Shown one piece after another: positions 1-8,184 of a stretch of 28,560 nucleotides of DNA. The notes beneath the pieces are model-generated. The model worked only from the letters and a program-made list of their open reading frames with translations. It had not been told where the DNA came from and did no database searches. Position 1 is the stretch's first letter; each line of letters opens with the position of its first letter. A program made the translations under genes and the position numbers. The DNA is from a virus (taxonomy: Duplodnaviria; Caudoviricetes): positions 1-28,560 of IMG/VR virus record IMGVR_UViG_3300032301_000739; one strand, given 5' to 3'.

Positions 1-1
1 G

Positions 2-133
2 CCCAACATACTTGTATGCTACACCAGCGGCAAATTGAAACAGCACAAGATAAAAATTATCTTGGGAGACAGAGTTAAGATTGAAGTCAGCCCATACGAT
101 CTCACTAAAGGTCGTGTGACATATAGATTGTAA
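2..133 (+). CDS. infA: Translation initiation factor IF-1, 3' part (5' end lies before the window)
   Basis: Not in the ORF track. Frame 2 reads [43 protein letters not shown], matching the IF-1 C-terminal pattern SGK..I.I..GD.V.VE.SPYDL.KGR..YR. Confidence 0.92.
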   Translation, partial: PNILVCYTSGKLKQHKIKIILGDRVKIEVSPYDLTKGRVTYRL

Positions 134-143
134 GGAAAATATC

Positions 144-704
144 ATGCCGTGGATTCAAAACGTAGGGTTGGGCGATATCAAAAAAGGACTTCATATCGAT
201 GCTGGAGTTAACTCTATGTTAATTCAGATTGTTGATCCAGATACAGAGTTTCCTACTCCTCAGTATTCTTTCAAAGAAGTTCATCAGTTTAAATTTTTAG
301 ACATTGAAGCCAAGGACGAGTGCTTAGACGAAGCCATGCGTTGCAGTCAACAGCAGGCCAACGAACTGGTTCGACTACTACAACACGCATTAGAGCAGAG
401 AATGAATGTTATAGTGCATTGTCATGCTGGCGTGTGCCGCAGCGGTGCTGTTTGCGAACTTGGCGTAATGCTGGGCTTCGGCGATACTGAAGTATTTCGC
501 AGTCCTAACCTTCTGGTCAAACATCGTATGATGAAGGCCCTGGGTTGGACCTACGACCCCGATGAGCCTCACAGCATCAACGGTGTAACAACTGAGTTTG
601 GTATCATTCTCCCCAAGGAAATAGAGTGGGCAAATGACAACGAAAAAGTTTTTGTCTTGGCCGCAGAACGCAGAGCACGTAGAGAAAGAGAAGGTGATAT
701 ATGA
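144..704 (+). CDS. Protein-tyrosine/dual-specificity phosphatase-like protein (CX5R family)
   Basis: VIVHCHAGVCRSGAV is the HCX5R(S/T) P-loop; AAGGA Shine-Dalgarno-like sequence just upstream. Confidence 0.8.
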   Translation: MPWIQNVGLGDIKKGLHIDAGVNSMLIQIVDPDTEFPTPQYSFKEVHQFKFLDIEAKDECLDEAMRCSQQQANELVRLLQHALEQRMNVIVHCHAGVCRSGAVCELGVMLGFGDTEVFRSPNLLVKHRMMKALGWTYDPDEPHSINGVTTEFGIILPKEIEWANDNEKVFVLAAERRARREREGDI

Positions 705-892
705 TTAACTTGAATATATTTGAATTGAACAAAATTAAAAAAATCTGCGAGGAAGTGGGTACAGAATACTTTACACTGGAACAGACAAATGCTTCTGGTA
801 TTGGCAGTGTTCTTACGTTCATCTATGAAACAGAAATAGCAGATCATCCTGCTACAATATCAATTGAAGTACGTGGTGTAGATACTTGGTAA
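701..892 (+). CDS. Small hypothetical protein (63 aa)
   Basis: ATGA overlap with the upstream stop, GAAGGTG SD-like sequence, same strand as neighbours. Confidence 0.65.
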   Translation: MINLNIFELNKIKKICEEVGTEYFTLEQTNASGIGSVLTFIYETEIADHPATISIEVRGVDTW

Positions 893-910
893 CTGTGGTG
901 TTTCTACAAC

Positions 911-944
911 ACCCCGTTGATTTTGGTTGACGGGGTTTCTTTTT
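911..944 (+). terminator. Putative intrinsic terminator overlapping the -35 box of the next promoter
   Basis: ACCCCGTTGA (911-920) pairs with TTGACGGGGT (927-936): 10 bp with two G-U pairs, followed by TTCTTTTT. Confidence 0.65.
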
Positions 945-955
945 GGCGTTATAAT
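927..955 (+). promoter_or_regulatory. Sigma70-type promoter
   Basis: TTGACG (927-932), 17-nt spacer, TATAAT (950-955). Confidence 0.8.
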
Positions 956-961
956 AGTGGC

Positions 962-1162
962 ATGATACAAGTAAAAAGCAAAACAAAAACAAAAGAATTT
1001 GAAACCCTAGACTTAGCAATGAGCTGGGCCAAGCATGTAAATGAGTTCGTTACCATCACAGTTAACGGAATGGAAATAGTAGGACGATTTGGAGCAGACA
1101 GTATTGTTGACGGCAAGTGCCCAGACGGTGTTGACTATACCTGGAGAAAACGTAGAATTTAA
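962..1162 (+). CDS. Small hypothetical protein (66 aa), probably leaderless
   Basis: ATG at 962 begins 7 nt after the TATAAT box. The TTG start at 917 in the ORF track runs through the terminator and promoter. Reads MIQVKSKTKTKEF...WRKRRI. Confidence 0.7.
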   Translation: MIQVKSKTKTKEFETLDLAMSWAKHVNEFVTITVNGMEIVGRFGADSIVDGKCPDGVDYTWRKRRI

Positions 1163-1177
1163 AGAAAGGAGGGCATT

Positions 1178-1768
1178 ATGCCTAGTGTATTTTTAGTAAG
1201 CGATACGCATTTTGGACACACCGGTGTTTGCCGCTTCACACGTAACGATGGTGTTACAAAGTTACGTCCATGGGACTCAGCAGAGGAAATGGACGAAGCT
1301 ATGGTCAAGGCCTGGAACGAACGTGTAAAACCCACTGACAAGGTCTACCATTTAGGTGACGTTGTTATTAACCGCAAAGCATTGGGAATCATGCGTAGGT
1401 TAAACGGTGATAAGGTGTTGATTCGTGGTAATCACGACATCTTCCGTGATGACGAGTACCGTGAACACTTTAGGGAATTGCGGGCATATCACGTTATGAA
1501 CGGTATGATTTTGAGCCACATTCCGTTGCACCCGGAATCTTTGGGTCGTTTTGGTACTAACATACACGGGCACACACATGCTAATCGTGTGATGTTACCC
1601 GGGTTTGGTGGTAAGATCACTGACATCGTAGATACTCGTTATCACTGCGTTTGTGTGGAACAGACCCCTGATTTTGCTCCTATTTTGTTTGAAGACGTAA
1701 TTGCACGTATTGAAGCAGAAGGTGGTAGCATAGGGTTTAGAAACGGAAACGGGCCTACAGCAGATTAG
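1178..1768 (+). CDS. Calcineurin-like metallophosphoesterase
   Basis: Motifs SDTHFGH, HLGDV, IRGNHD, SHIP and HGHTH in canonical order; strong SD AAGGAGG. Confidence 0.9.
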   Translation: MPSVFLVSDTHFGHTGVCRFTRNDGVTKLRPWDSAEEMDEAMVKAWNERVKPTDKVYHLGDVVINRKALGIMRRLNGDKVLIRGNHDIFRDDEYREHFRELRAYHVMNGMILSHIPLHPESLGRFGTNIHGHTHANRVMLPGFGGKITDIVDTRYHCVCVEQTPDFAPILFEDVIARIEAEGGSIGFRNGNGPTAD

Positions 1769-1784
1769 AACATAGTTCTATATT

Positions 1785-1818
1785 AGGCGCTAGCCCTAAG
1801 GCGCTTTATAAAAAGGGC
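1785..1818 (+). other. Predicted compact H-type RNA pseudoknot in the 3' UTR
   Basis: Stem 1 AGGCGC(1785-1790)/GCGCTT(1801-1806); stem 2 GCCCT(1793-1797)/AGGGC(1814-1818); A-rich loop 3 TATAAAA. Confidence 0.4.
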
Positions 1819-1847
1819 AAAATAGCACCTTCGGGTGCTATTTTTTT
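1819..1847 (+). terminator. Rho-independent terminator with cUUCGg tetraloop
   Basis: AAAATAGCACC-TTCG-GGTGCTATTTTTTT is a perfect stem with the UUCG loop typical of T4-like phages, followed by a U tract. Confidence 0.92.
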
Positions 1848-1871
1848 GACTCTATGTTCTGATATCCGCGG

Positions 1872-1879
1872 CATAAATA
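1872..1879 (+). promoter_or_regulatory. T4-late-like promoter box CATAAATA
   Basis: One mismatch from the T4 late consensus TATAAATA. It lies just after a terminator and 32 nt before the ATG at 1912 (SD AGGAG at 1899-1903). Confidence 0.6.
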
Positions 1880-1911
1880 TATGTGGTAGAACAATTCCAG
1901 GAGTTATAGAT

Positions 1912-3093
1912 ATGCCCTTACAGATTCGCAGAGGCACCAACACACAAAGAACGGCAATGACCCAGCCATTGGCTCAGGGAGAATTGCTGTATGTAACCGA
2001 TGATCAAAGATTATACATCGGAAACGGAACTACACTGGGTGGTGTCCAGATTACCGGATATACCAATGAAGACGCACAGGATGCTGCTGCTCAACTGTTT
2101 GCCAATGGCACACACACCGGTGTAACCTTTACCTATAACGATGCCGGTGCTAGTATATCCGCATTGGTAGACCTTCTAAATTATACAGGAACCATAGGTG
2201 GAGTATTTAAAGGTAATGTAGTAGCTGAAGATTCTACCCTACTCGTTGATGCTGCTGCAGGAACAATTGTTGGACCGGTGTTTGCCAATGTCACCGGTAA
2301 TGTCACCGGTAATGTCACTGGTAATGCAGATTCGGCCACAGTTGCGACCACCGTGGCACTTACTGCTACTAATTCTACTGCTGCCAATCATTTCATTACA
2401 TTTGTTGACACAGCCACCGGAAATGAAAATCTTAGAACAGACACTTCACTGACCTATGATCCAAGCACCAATACATTAACTGCCAGTACATTTCAAGGAT
2501 CCCTGTTGGGAAACAGTGTAGGATTCCATGACGGCGATGTTCAGGGCAGCGTATTTGGTGATGATTCAACAAAATTAGTTGATGCTGTTGAAAATAAATT
2601 TTATGGTGATCTCGTAGCTACAAATGTGAATGCGGTTGAGATATCACATCCCGATAGTGGATTTGGTTTACAGGTTATAGCGAAAAGACTCTCTAGTTTT
2701 CAAGCATGTTATTATAACGGCACATCTGATGCCAGAACAGCAATCACTGCTGGGTCAAATGTGGGTGACTTGTCTATAAAAGGGTGGAACGGATCATCTT
2801 TTGCTTTTGCAGGAACTGTTTCTGCATCATTTGATGCAACAGCGATTCTTACAGACGATACTCCTAAATCTGCTGTTGCACTGGTGTCAGGCGGGGGTGG
2901 GTCAAACATCAACTACGCATCACTACAGTCAGATGGCGTGTTTTCGATGAAGGCAGCGCAGGTGGGTAGTTTTGCCAATACTACAGCTAGAGATGCAGCA
3001 TTTGCGTCTCCTGTTGCCGGTACTATCATATTTTTAACTTCTACATTAAAATTCCAAGGATATACCGGATCGGGTTGGGCTGATTTAAATTAA
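1912..3093 (+). CDS. Putative virion structural/tail-fibre-like protein with an Mtd-N-like N-terminus
   Basis: Starts MPLQIRRGT...LAQGELLYVTDDQRLYIGNG, the IRRG..GE...TD...LYIG(D/N)G pattern of phage fibre N-termini. T/G/A/N-rich body with VTGN repeats; ends FQGYTGSGWADL. Start moved to 1912 because of the SD. Confidence 0.72.
   Translation: MPLQIRRGTNTQRTAMTQPLAQGELLYVTDDQRLYIGNGTTLGGVQITGYTNEDAQDAAAQLFANGTHTGVTFTYNDAGASISALVDLLNYTGTIGGVFKGNVVAEDSTLLVDAAAGTIVGPVFANVTGNVTGNVTGNADSATVATTVALTATNSTAANHFITFVDTATGNENLRTDTSLTYDPSTNTLTASTFQGSLLGNSVGFHDGDVQGSVFGDDSTKLVDAVENKFYGDLVATNVNAVEISHPDSGFGLQVIAKRLSSFQACYYNGTSDARTAITAGSNVGDLSIKGWNGSSFAFAGTVSASFDATAILTDDTPKSAVALVSGGGGSNINYASLQSDGVFSMKAAQVGSFANTTARDAAFASPVAGTIIFLTSTLKFQGYTGSGWADLN
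2287..2326 (+). repeat. In-frame 12-bp tandem repeat, about 3.3 copies (NVTG x3)
   Basis: AATGTCACCGGT AATGTCACCGGT AATGTCACTGGT AATG. Confidence 0.9.
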
Positions 3094-3130
3094 TCAGTAT
3101 CCATATTGTTATTAATCTATAATTGGTATT

Positions 3131-3138
3131 CATAAATA
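3131..3138 (+). promoter_or_regulatory. T4-late-like promoter box CATAAATA
   Basis: 5 nt upstream of the ATG at 3144, with no SD. Confidence 0.6.
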
Positions 3139-3143
3139 CCAGC

Positions 3144-3872
3144 ATGATACATGGCCGCATATTTTTTGATCTAGAACAATTTATAGATCTCACAGAGTTT
3201 GATCGACAACACTTAGAAATTTCAAAAGGTATAGCTACCGCTAGACACCTAGCGTTTGATGGAATTCATGAAATTCCCGAAGGCACAATACATCCGCATG
3301 CGCAAGGAATTCAGGTAACTCCTTTATACGAAGTAGTCTCTATGTGGAAGTCGTTACCGGATGATGATCCTCGTAAAATTGCTGGCAAAGATCTAACGCA
3401 TAATCAATTAACTGATTATTTAAAAAATGCCTTTGGTGCATATGATTTCTATCGATTGTTTCCTATTATAGAAGAACATAACATCATAGGAGAAGTGTCT
3501 GAACATTTTCCCGAACTATTAAAATGGATACAAAGTTTTGTATCTAATGGAATCCTAGACAGTCTTTATAGTTCAAATTTAATTTCTGTAGATGCGGGCG
3601 GAATTCCTTGGGAACATTTAGATCCCAGACAACCGGGAGAGACTCCTGGTTACCTTCCAGAATTTATACATATTAAAACCGATTGCGATCGACCTTTTTA
3701 CATTCTTGATCCTGCAACAGGTCAGAAAACCTTTATGAATACAAGAGCAGCCTATTGGAATGAAGGTGATTGGCACGGCGGAATTCCTATTCAACGCCCG
3801 ACATACACCCTAAGAATAAACGGTAGATTTTCAAAAAAATTCAAAAAAATAATCGGAATGCCCGACGAATGA
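3144..3872 (+). CDS. Putative Fe(II)/2OG-type (cupin-fold) oxygenase, paralogue of 10971..11774
   Basis: GIPWEHLD...EFIHI...WNEGDWHGG...YTLRING gives an HxD...H triad plus a distal Arg. Start set at ATG 3144. Confidence 0.55.
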   Translation: MIHGRIFFDLEQFIDLTEFDRQHLEISKGIATARHLAFDGIHEIPEGTIHPHAQGIQVTPLYEVVSMWKSLPDDDPRKIAGKDLTHNQLTDYLKNAFGAYDFYRLFPIIEEHNIIGEVSEHFPELLKWIQSFVSNGILDSLYSSNLISVDAGGIPWEHLDPRQPGETPGYLPEFIHIKTDCDRPFYILDPATGQKTFMNTRAAYWNEGDWHGGIPIQRPTYTLRINGRFSKKFKKIIGMPDE

Positions 3873-4708
3873 GATACTCGTTGCATGAGAACGGGTGGAC
3901 TGTGTTTGCAGAAGTTGATTTAAAAACTTGTACGCAACAAGAAGTCAACGATCTTCAAAAATTTCTTTCTTCTAATACTTGCGTTGTTATTAAAAATCAA
4001 TCATTAACTATTGAAGAAGAATTAAGATTTTTAAAAATGTTTGATAATGCAAAATCACTATATCCTAAAGATGATCCTTTATTCAACGATTTTGCATTAG
4101 ATATTGAAAAAGATCCAGACGGGATAATTTTTAGAGTTACAAAAGAACTCCGAGATGGAAAAATTGGAATGGCTGATTGGGAAGAAGGATTTAACTGGCA
4201 TTGCGATACTCCAGAGGAATCGGATCGTAGTTCTATTCTTTACTTGTACGGAAAGAGAGGAACAGCGGGATCCAAAACTACTTGGAATAATAATGTAATG
4301 GCTTATGCTGATTTATCAGACGATATTAAAAATCAAATTAAAAACTTACATTCTATTTACGGAAACATTTCTGCTCCAAGTGCGCCCGATCATGTGGGAG
4401 TACAATACAACACTATTTGGACTCCGCCGCTTGTTCACAAAACTTTAACAGGAAAAACAGGAATATATTTTGCGCCCTTCCAGCTAGGTAAATTTGTAGA
4501 ACTTACTCAAGAAAAATCAGACGAAATAAAACAAATACTTTGCAATCATATATTAAATGAAAAATATCTGTATCACCATGATTGGGAGGATGGAGATGTT
4601 GTTATATCGGATCAATGGAATGGAATACATAAACGTTGGCCGTTCAATAAGATGGACATTAGAGTATTACATAGAGCAGGAATGGACTACACAGGAGTTA
4701 CTAAATGA
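3869..4708 (+). CDS. TauD/TfdA-family Fe(II)/2OG dioxygenase
   Basis: VVIKNQSLT, WHCD, G.KTTW.N, YHHDWEDGDVVISDQ..GIHKR, RVLHR. Confidence 0.85.
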   Translation: MRYSLHENGWTVFAEVDLKTCTQQEVNDLQKFLSSNTCVVIKNQSLTIEEELRFLKMFDNAKSLYPKDDPLFNDFALDIEKDPDGIIFRVTKELRDGKIGMADWEEGFNWHCDTPEESDRSSILYLYGKRGTAGSKTTWNNNVMAYADLSDDIKNQIKNLHSIYGNISAPSAPDHVGVQYNTIWTPPLVHKTLTGKTGIYFAPFQLGKFVELTQEKSDEIKQILCNHILNEKYLYHHDWEDGDVVISDQWNGIHKRWPFNKMDIRVLHRAGMDYTGVTK

Positions 4709-5568
4709 TACAGTACAAATTACACGATAACGGCTGGACTATTATTCTTGAGAACTTTAACATTAAAACTGCTACACAAGATGATATCAACGACATATCA
4801 AAATTATTAGCAACACATACTCTTGCAGTGATTAAAAAACAATCATTAACTATTGAAGACGAAGTTAGAATTGCTAAAATGTTTAAGAATCCGCAACAGT
4901 TTCATGTAGATGTGGAAGGTTCGTTTGATGCTGAATGCTATCGTGGAGCAGAAGTCGATGGCTCAGAAAAATATATTCTACGTGTTACTGGCGAAAAGAA
5001 TGAACACGGCTTACCTGGAATCGCAGGGTGGACCAATGAGATGGTATGGCACTGCAACGATCCTCACGATCCTTTAAAAAGATCATTGATTTATTTGTAT
5101 TCTGTAAAAGGGTCAGAAGGATCAAGAACTACTTGGAATAATAACATTCTGGCCTACGACGAACTAGACAAACAAAAAAGAGAACTATTAGAAAACCTTA
5201 AACTTGTCATGGCTAACTGGGCTGAAAATGATGCCGATGTTTTAGCAGGATACACAGGTGAAGCTCTTGACGGGTACACACCTAATTTAGTTATGCAAAA
5301 CATAGCAGGTAAAAAAGGATTTTATTTTCCATTCTTACAAATTTCTGGATTTGTAGGATTATCACAAAAAGAAAGTAAAGAGATTATTAGTTGGTTATCA
5401 GAGCATACCATACAAGACAAATACTGCTATCATCACGATTGGGATGATGGAGATATTGTTATAGCTGAGCAATGGTTGGGTATTCACAAGCGTTGGCCGT
5501 TTGAGGCCATAGAACACCGGCTTTTACATAGAATGGCGTTTGACTTCCCAGATCAAGATTATAATTAA
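4705..5568 (+). CDS. TauD/TfdA-family dioxygenase paralogue with HxN in place of HxD
   Basis: Collinear with the upstream gene: WHCND, GSRTTWNNN, YHHDWDDGDIVI..GIHKRWPF, RLLHR. Confidence 0.82.
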   Translation: MIQYKLHDNGWTIILENFNIKTATQDDINDISKLLATHTLAVIKKQSLTIEDEVRIAKMFKNPQQFHVDVEGSFDAECYRGAEVDGSEKYILRVTGEKNEHGLPGIAGWTNEMVWHCNDPHDPLKRSLIYLYSVKGSEGSRTTWNNNILAYDELDKQKRELLENLKLVMANWAENDADVLAGYTGEALDGYTPNLVMQNIAGKKGFYFPFLQISGFVGLSQKESKEIISWLSEHTIQDKYCYHHDWDDGDIVIAEQWLGIHKRWPFEAIEHRLLHRMAFDFPDQDYN

Positions 5569-6209
5569 GGCAGTTCGTCAATTACCTTATATTCGCCAGT
5601 GACGTTTTGTTTAACTGCTGCATCTTCAATCAATTGTTTCCAACCGTCTAGAGCATCATGTCTAGCAATAATCATATGCATACGATCTTCGTTGCTTTCA
5701 TTAATCACAGAATGATGGTAATGTAAATTCATAGCATAGACACCTCCTGGCTCCATGATTATTTCTTCGCCATCACCCCATATCCATTTGCAACCTACAG
5801 GGTTATTAAGAGCAACATTAATGTTCTCTATTAATTTTATACTAGAATCGCTATGTAATGCAATCTTGCCGCCTGCACGTAACAACATAAATCTAACACG
5901 ACCATACTTGTTGCAAGGAAATGTTTCTTTTAACCACTTGGTCGTCACAGGGCATGATTCAGCGATTTCGGTCCAGTGCATATCGTTACTGGCGTCTTTG
6001 CCTTTCTTATAGCCATAGGCATCATAGTTCTCGTGTTTGTCCCATCCGAGACCGTGTATGGTTAAACTTTCCCAACCATGTGAATCCTCGTCTCCTCTAT
6101 GAGGACTAAATTTATCGATCAATGCAAATGCTTCTGCACACATTTCGTGATAAGGCAATGATATATCTAATTTCAGATAGCGACCTTCTGAATGATAATA
6201 TTCTTTCAT
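5565..6209 (-). CDS. Aspartyl/asparaginyl beta-hydroxylase-like Fe(II)/2OG oxygenase
   Basis: CPVT..WL, RVRFMLLRAGGKIALHSD, INVALNNP, YHHSVINESNEDRMHMI. Confidence 0.78.
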   Translation of the reverse strand: MKEYYHSEGRYLKLDISLPYHEMCAEAFALIDKFSPHRGDEDSHGWESLTIHGLGWDKHENYDAYGYKKGKDASNDMHWTEIAESCPVTTKWLKETFPCNKYGRVRFMLLRAGGKIALHSDSSIKLIENINVALNNPVGCKWIWGDGEEIIMEPGGVYAMNLHYHHSVINESNEDRMHMIIARHDALDGWKQLIEDAAVKQNVTGEYKVIDELP

Positions 6210-7654
6210 CACTTAACTCCAAGAGGACGTTCACTGTCATGCTTCCAATCCTCTGCATGCCACTCAGGTGTTTTTAATTCTTTAATATCTGTATAAACAA
6301 AATTACCTGCAGTATCTACTCTTTTATTACTATTTGATTTCCAAAATCCATCAGCAGCTCTAGATGTTGTAATCAACATTATATTGGGATCTTTGTTTTT
6401 AAGTTTTTGCAACAAATTATTTTCGCAGCTTATGCGATATTTTAAACTAGAACTAGCGACAAACGGTGCATGGTTATATAAGTCACTTAAATTTAATAGA
6501 GTTTTTTTATCTTCATCCAACCAATTAAAATTAAAAGATGCAGTATAATCTATGAGTATGTAATTGTATTTTAAACTTTTTACCCGTGACCAATGAGAAT
6601 CCCAATCATCGAATGTTTCTAAAAATTTATTCCATTGCTCGGCTATTTGATCTTTGTAAGTATCTGGAATATAAGGAGGATTGTTAGGCAGCATTGGTTT
6701 ATGTTCCCAATAAAAATCTGCATAATTTTTTCCGTCCCAGTCGTCCACCATCTTCTTCATGAACATTAGACAATTATAGTTAATGTCTGTGAAGATAACT
6801 TTTGTGTCATTTGTAAACCCAACAATTTCTAAATTCTTGATCCAATTAAATCCAATACCTACTGTGGCATATTGTTCAACCGGACCATCAAACGGCAAGT
6901 CTGATTTCAGCCTGTCTGAATTCCAACCAGCAAAAAAATTATTACAGAAAAATTGATAGTATTTTATATCTTCCAATTGTCTTAAGAACACGTGATCATA
7001 CTCATAATACAAATATTTTTTACTGTCTCTTATTGCTCTACTTAAAGGTAATAATTTTTTATCGTGTTCCAACCCAACATTTAAAATATTCCAGCCGTGA
7101 AGTTTGACAGAATATGTTTTAAGTTCCGTACCTTTAGATATCCATACAGGAATTTCTGGATCCTCATGCAAATATTCTTTGCTTCGAAGAGGAGCAATTT
7201 GCTGATAATCTATCCATTCCTCGTTGCCTACATTAGGTAGATCTAGTTCTTTATATTGATCAAGATTGATAATATAAAATTGTCGATGCAATTCAAAACA
7301 GGCATTTTTCTTATAATAAGAATGATCACCTCTATCAAGTATATGCCCTGCTATAAAAAAATCTTCATTGCATTGCTCTTTAACAGCGTCAAATAATCTA
7401 TCAGATAATCCTAAACTGGTACCTGCTGAAATAACTATCGCATGTTTATAACCGTCATCGGCAACTGCTTTTAATAATTCATCTTCATCTTTGCTAATAA
7501 AAATATCATATCCGTGTAAGTCACATCTATTAATTAAAAAATCAGTTAGGTTGACACATATTTCTTTAGCATATCCACTCTTGCAATCGTCAGTGATATC
7601 TAAAATACAAAAAACTATTGATCGATTTTTCTCAGATCGAAATCTCATTACCAT
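6209..7654 (-). CDS. Hypothetical protein (~480 aa)
   Basis: Long ORF coupled to both neighbours; start at 7654 or 7648 (TAATG overlap). No motif recognised with confidence. Confidence 0.75.
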   Translation of the reverse strand: MVMRFRSEKNRSIVFCILDITDDCKSGYAKEICVNLTDFLINRCDLHGYDIFISKDEDELLKAVADDGYKHAIVISAGTSLGLSDRLFDAVKEQCNEDFFIAGHILDRGDHSYYKKNACFELHRQFYIINLDQYKELDLPNVGNEEWIDYQQIAPLRSKEYLHEDPEIPVWISKGTELKTYSVKLHGWNILNVGLEHDKKLLPLSRAIRDSKKYLYYEYDHVFLRQLEDIKYYQFFCNNFFAGWNSDRLKSDLPFDGPVEQYATVGIGFNWIKNLEIVGFTNDTKVIFTDINYNCLMFMKKMVDDWDGKNYADFYWEHKPMLPNNPPYIPDTYKDQIAEQWNKFLETFDDWDSHWSRVKSLKYNYILIDYTASFNFNWLDEDKKTLLNLSDLYNHAPFVASSSLKYRISCENNLLQKLKNKDPNIMLITTSRAADGFWKSNSNKRVDTAGNFVYTDIKELKTPEWHAEDWKHDSERPLGVK

Positions 7655-8184
7655 TTTACCTTCTCCAGTTGATCTATAAAAATGTTTACGTTTACCTTCC
7701 AAAATGTTTGTAGGTGGCCTCGATATTCTTTTTCAAAAGCTCTAGTTAATACTCCTGTCTTTTCTAGACTAGGGCCCCATACACTGTGTACCAATCTTTG
7801 TGTTCCTACTTCACTAGGATGACTGGTGATATACATATCCCCTTTAGTGCCTACCCACTCTATGCAGGTCGGCATTAGATATTGTGCTGTAACATGCTGA
7901 TGTGTTAAAATCTGATTACGTGTTCGTAGCGTGTTTAAAGGTAACAGATCTGATAACACACAGGTTCTAGCACAAATTCGATAACCTTCTTCTATGCTGT
8001 GTGCGCCTACGCAGCCTACGGCCAAATGGTTGTAGTAAAGAATCCAAACGCACCACTCACGTTCATTCCGAAAACAATCAATCATTGCTTTCTGATTAGC
8101 ATTATTTGCAAAACCCCTACGGTCTGCTTCAGCATAGAAGTCAGATAAATCTAAATCTTCTGTCCACGGAACTATTTTATACAT
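7648..8184 (-). CDS. Possible GNAT-fold acyltransferase
   Basis: 178 aa; WILYYNHLAVGCVGAH..YRICARTCV resembles GNAT strands beta2-beta4; no clear acetyl-CoA loop. Confidence 0.4.
   Translation of the reverse strand: MYKIVPWTEDLDLSDFYAEADRRGFANNANQKAMIDCFRNEREWCVWILYYNHLAVGCVGAHSIEEGYRICARTCVLSDLLPLNTLRTRNQILTHQHVTAQYLMPTCIEWVGTKGDMYITSHPSEVGTQRLVHSVWGPSLEKTGVLTRAFEKEYRGHLQTFWKVNVNIFIDQLEKVKW

Noticed and set aside
917-961. TTG-initiated extension of the 81-aa ORF
   Set aside because: It runs through the terminator and promoter; ATG 962 fits the promoter.
1766-1818. Stop-codon read-through signal (TAG followed by a pseudoknot)
   Set aside because: A second in-frame TAG follows five codons later, so read-through would add almost nothing.
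1846-1911. N-terminal extension of the fibre ORF
   Set aside because: It begins in the terminator U tract; the SD AGGAG and the MPLQIRRG start support 1912.
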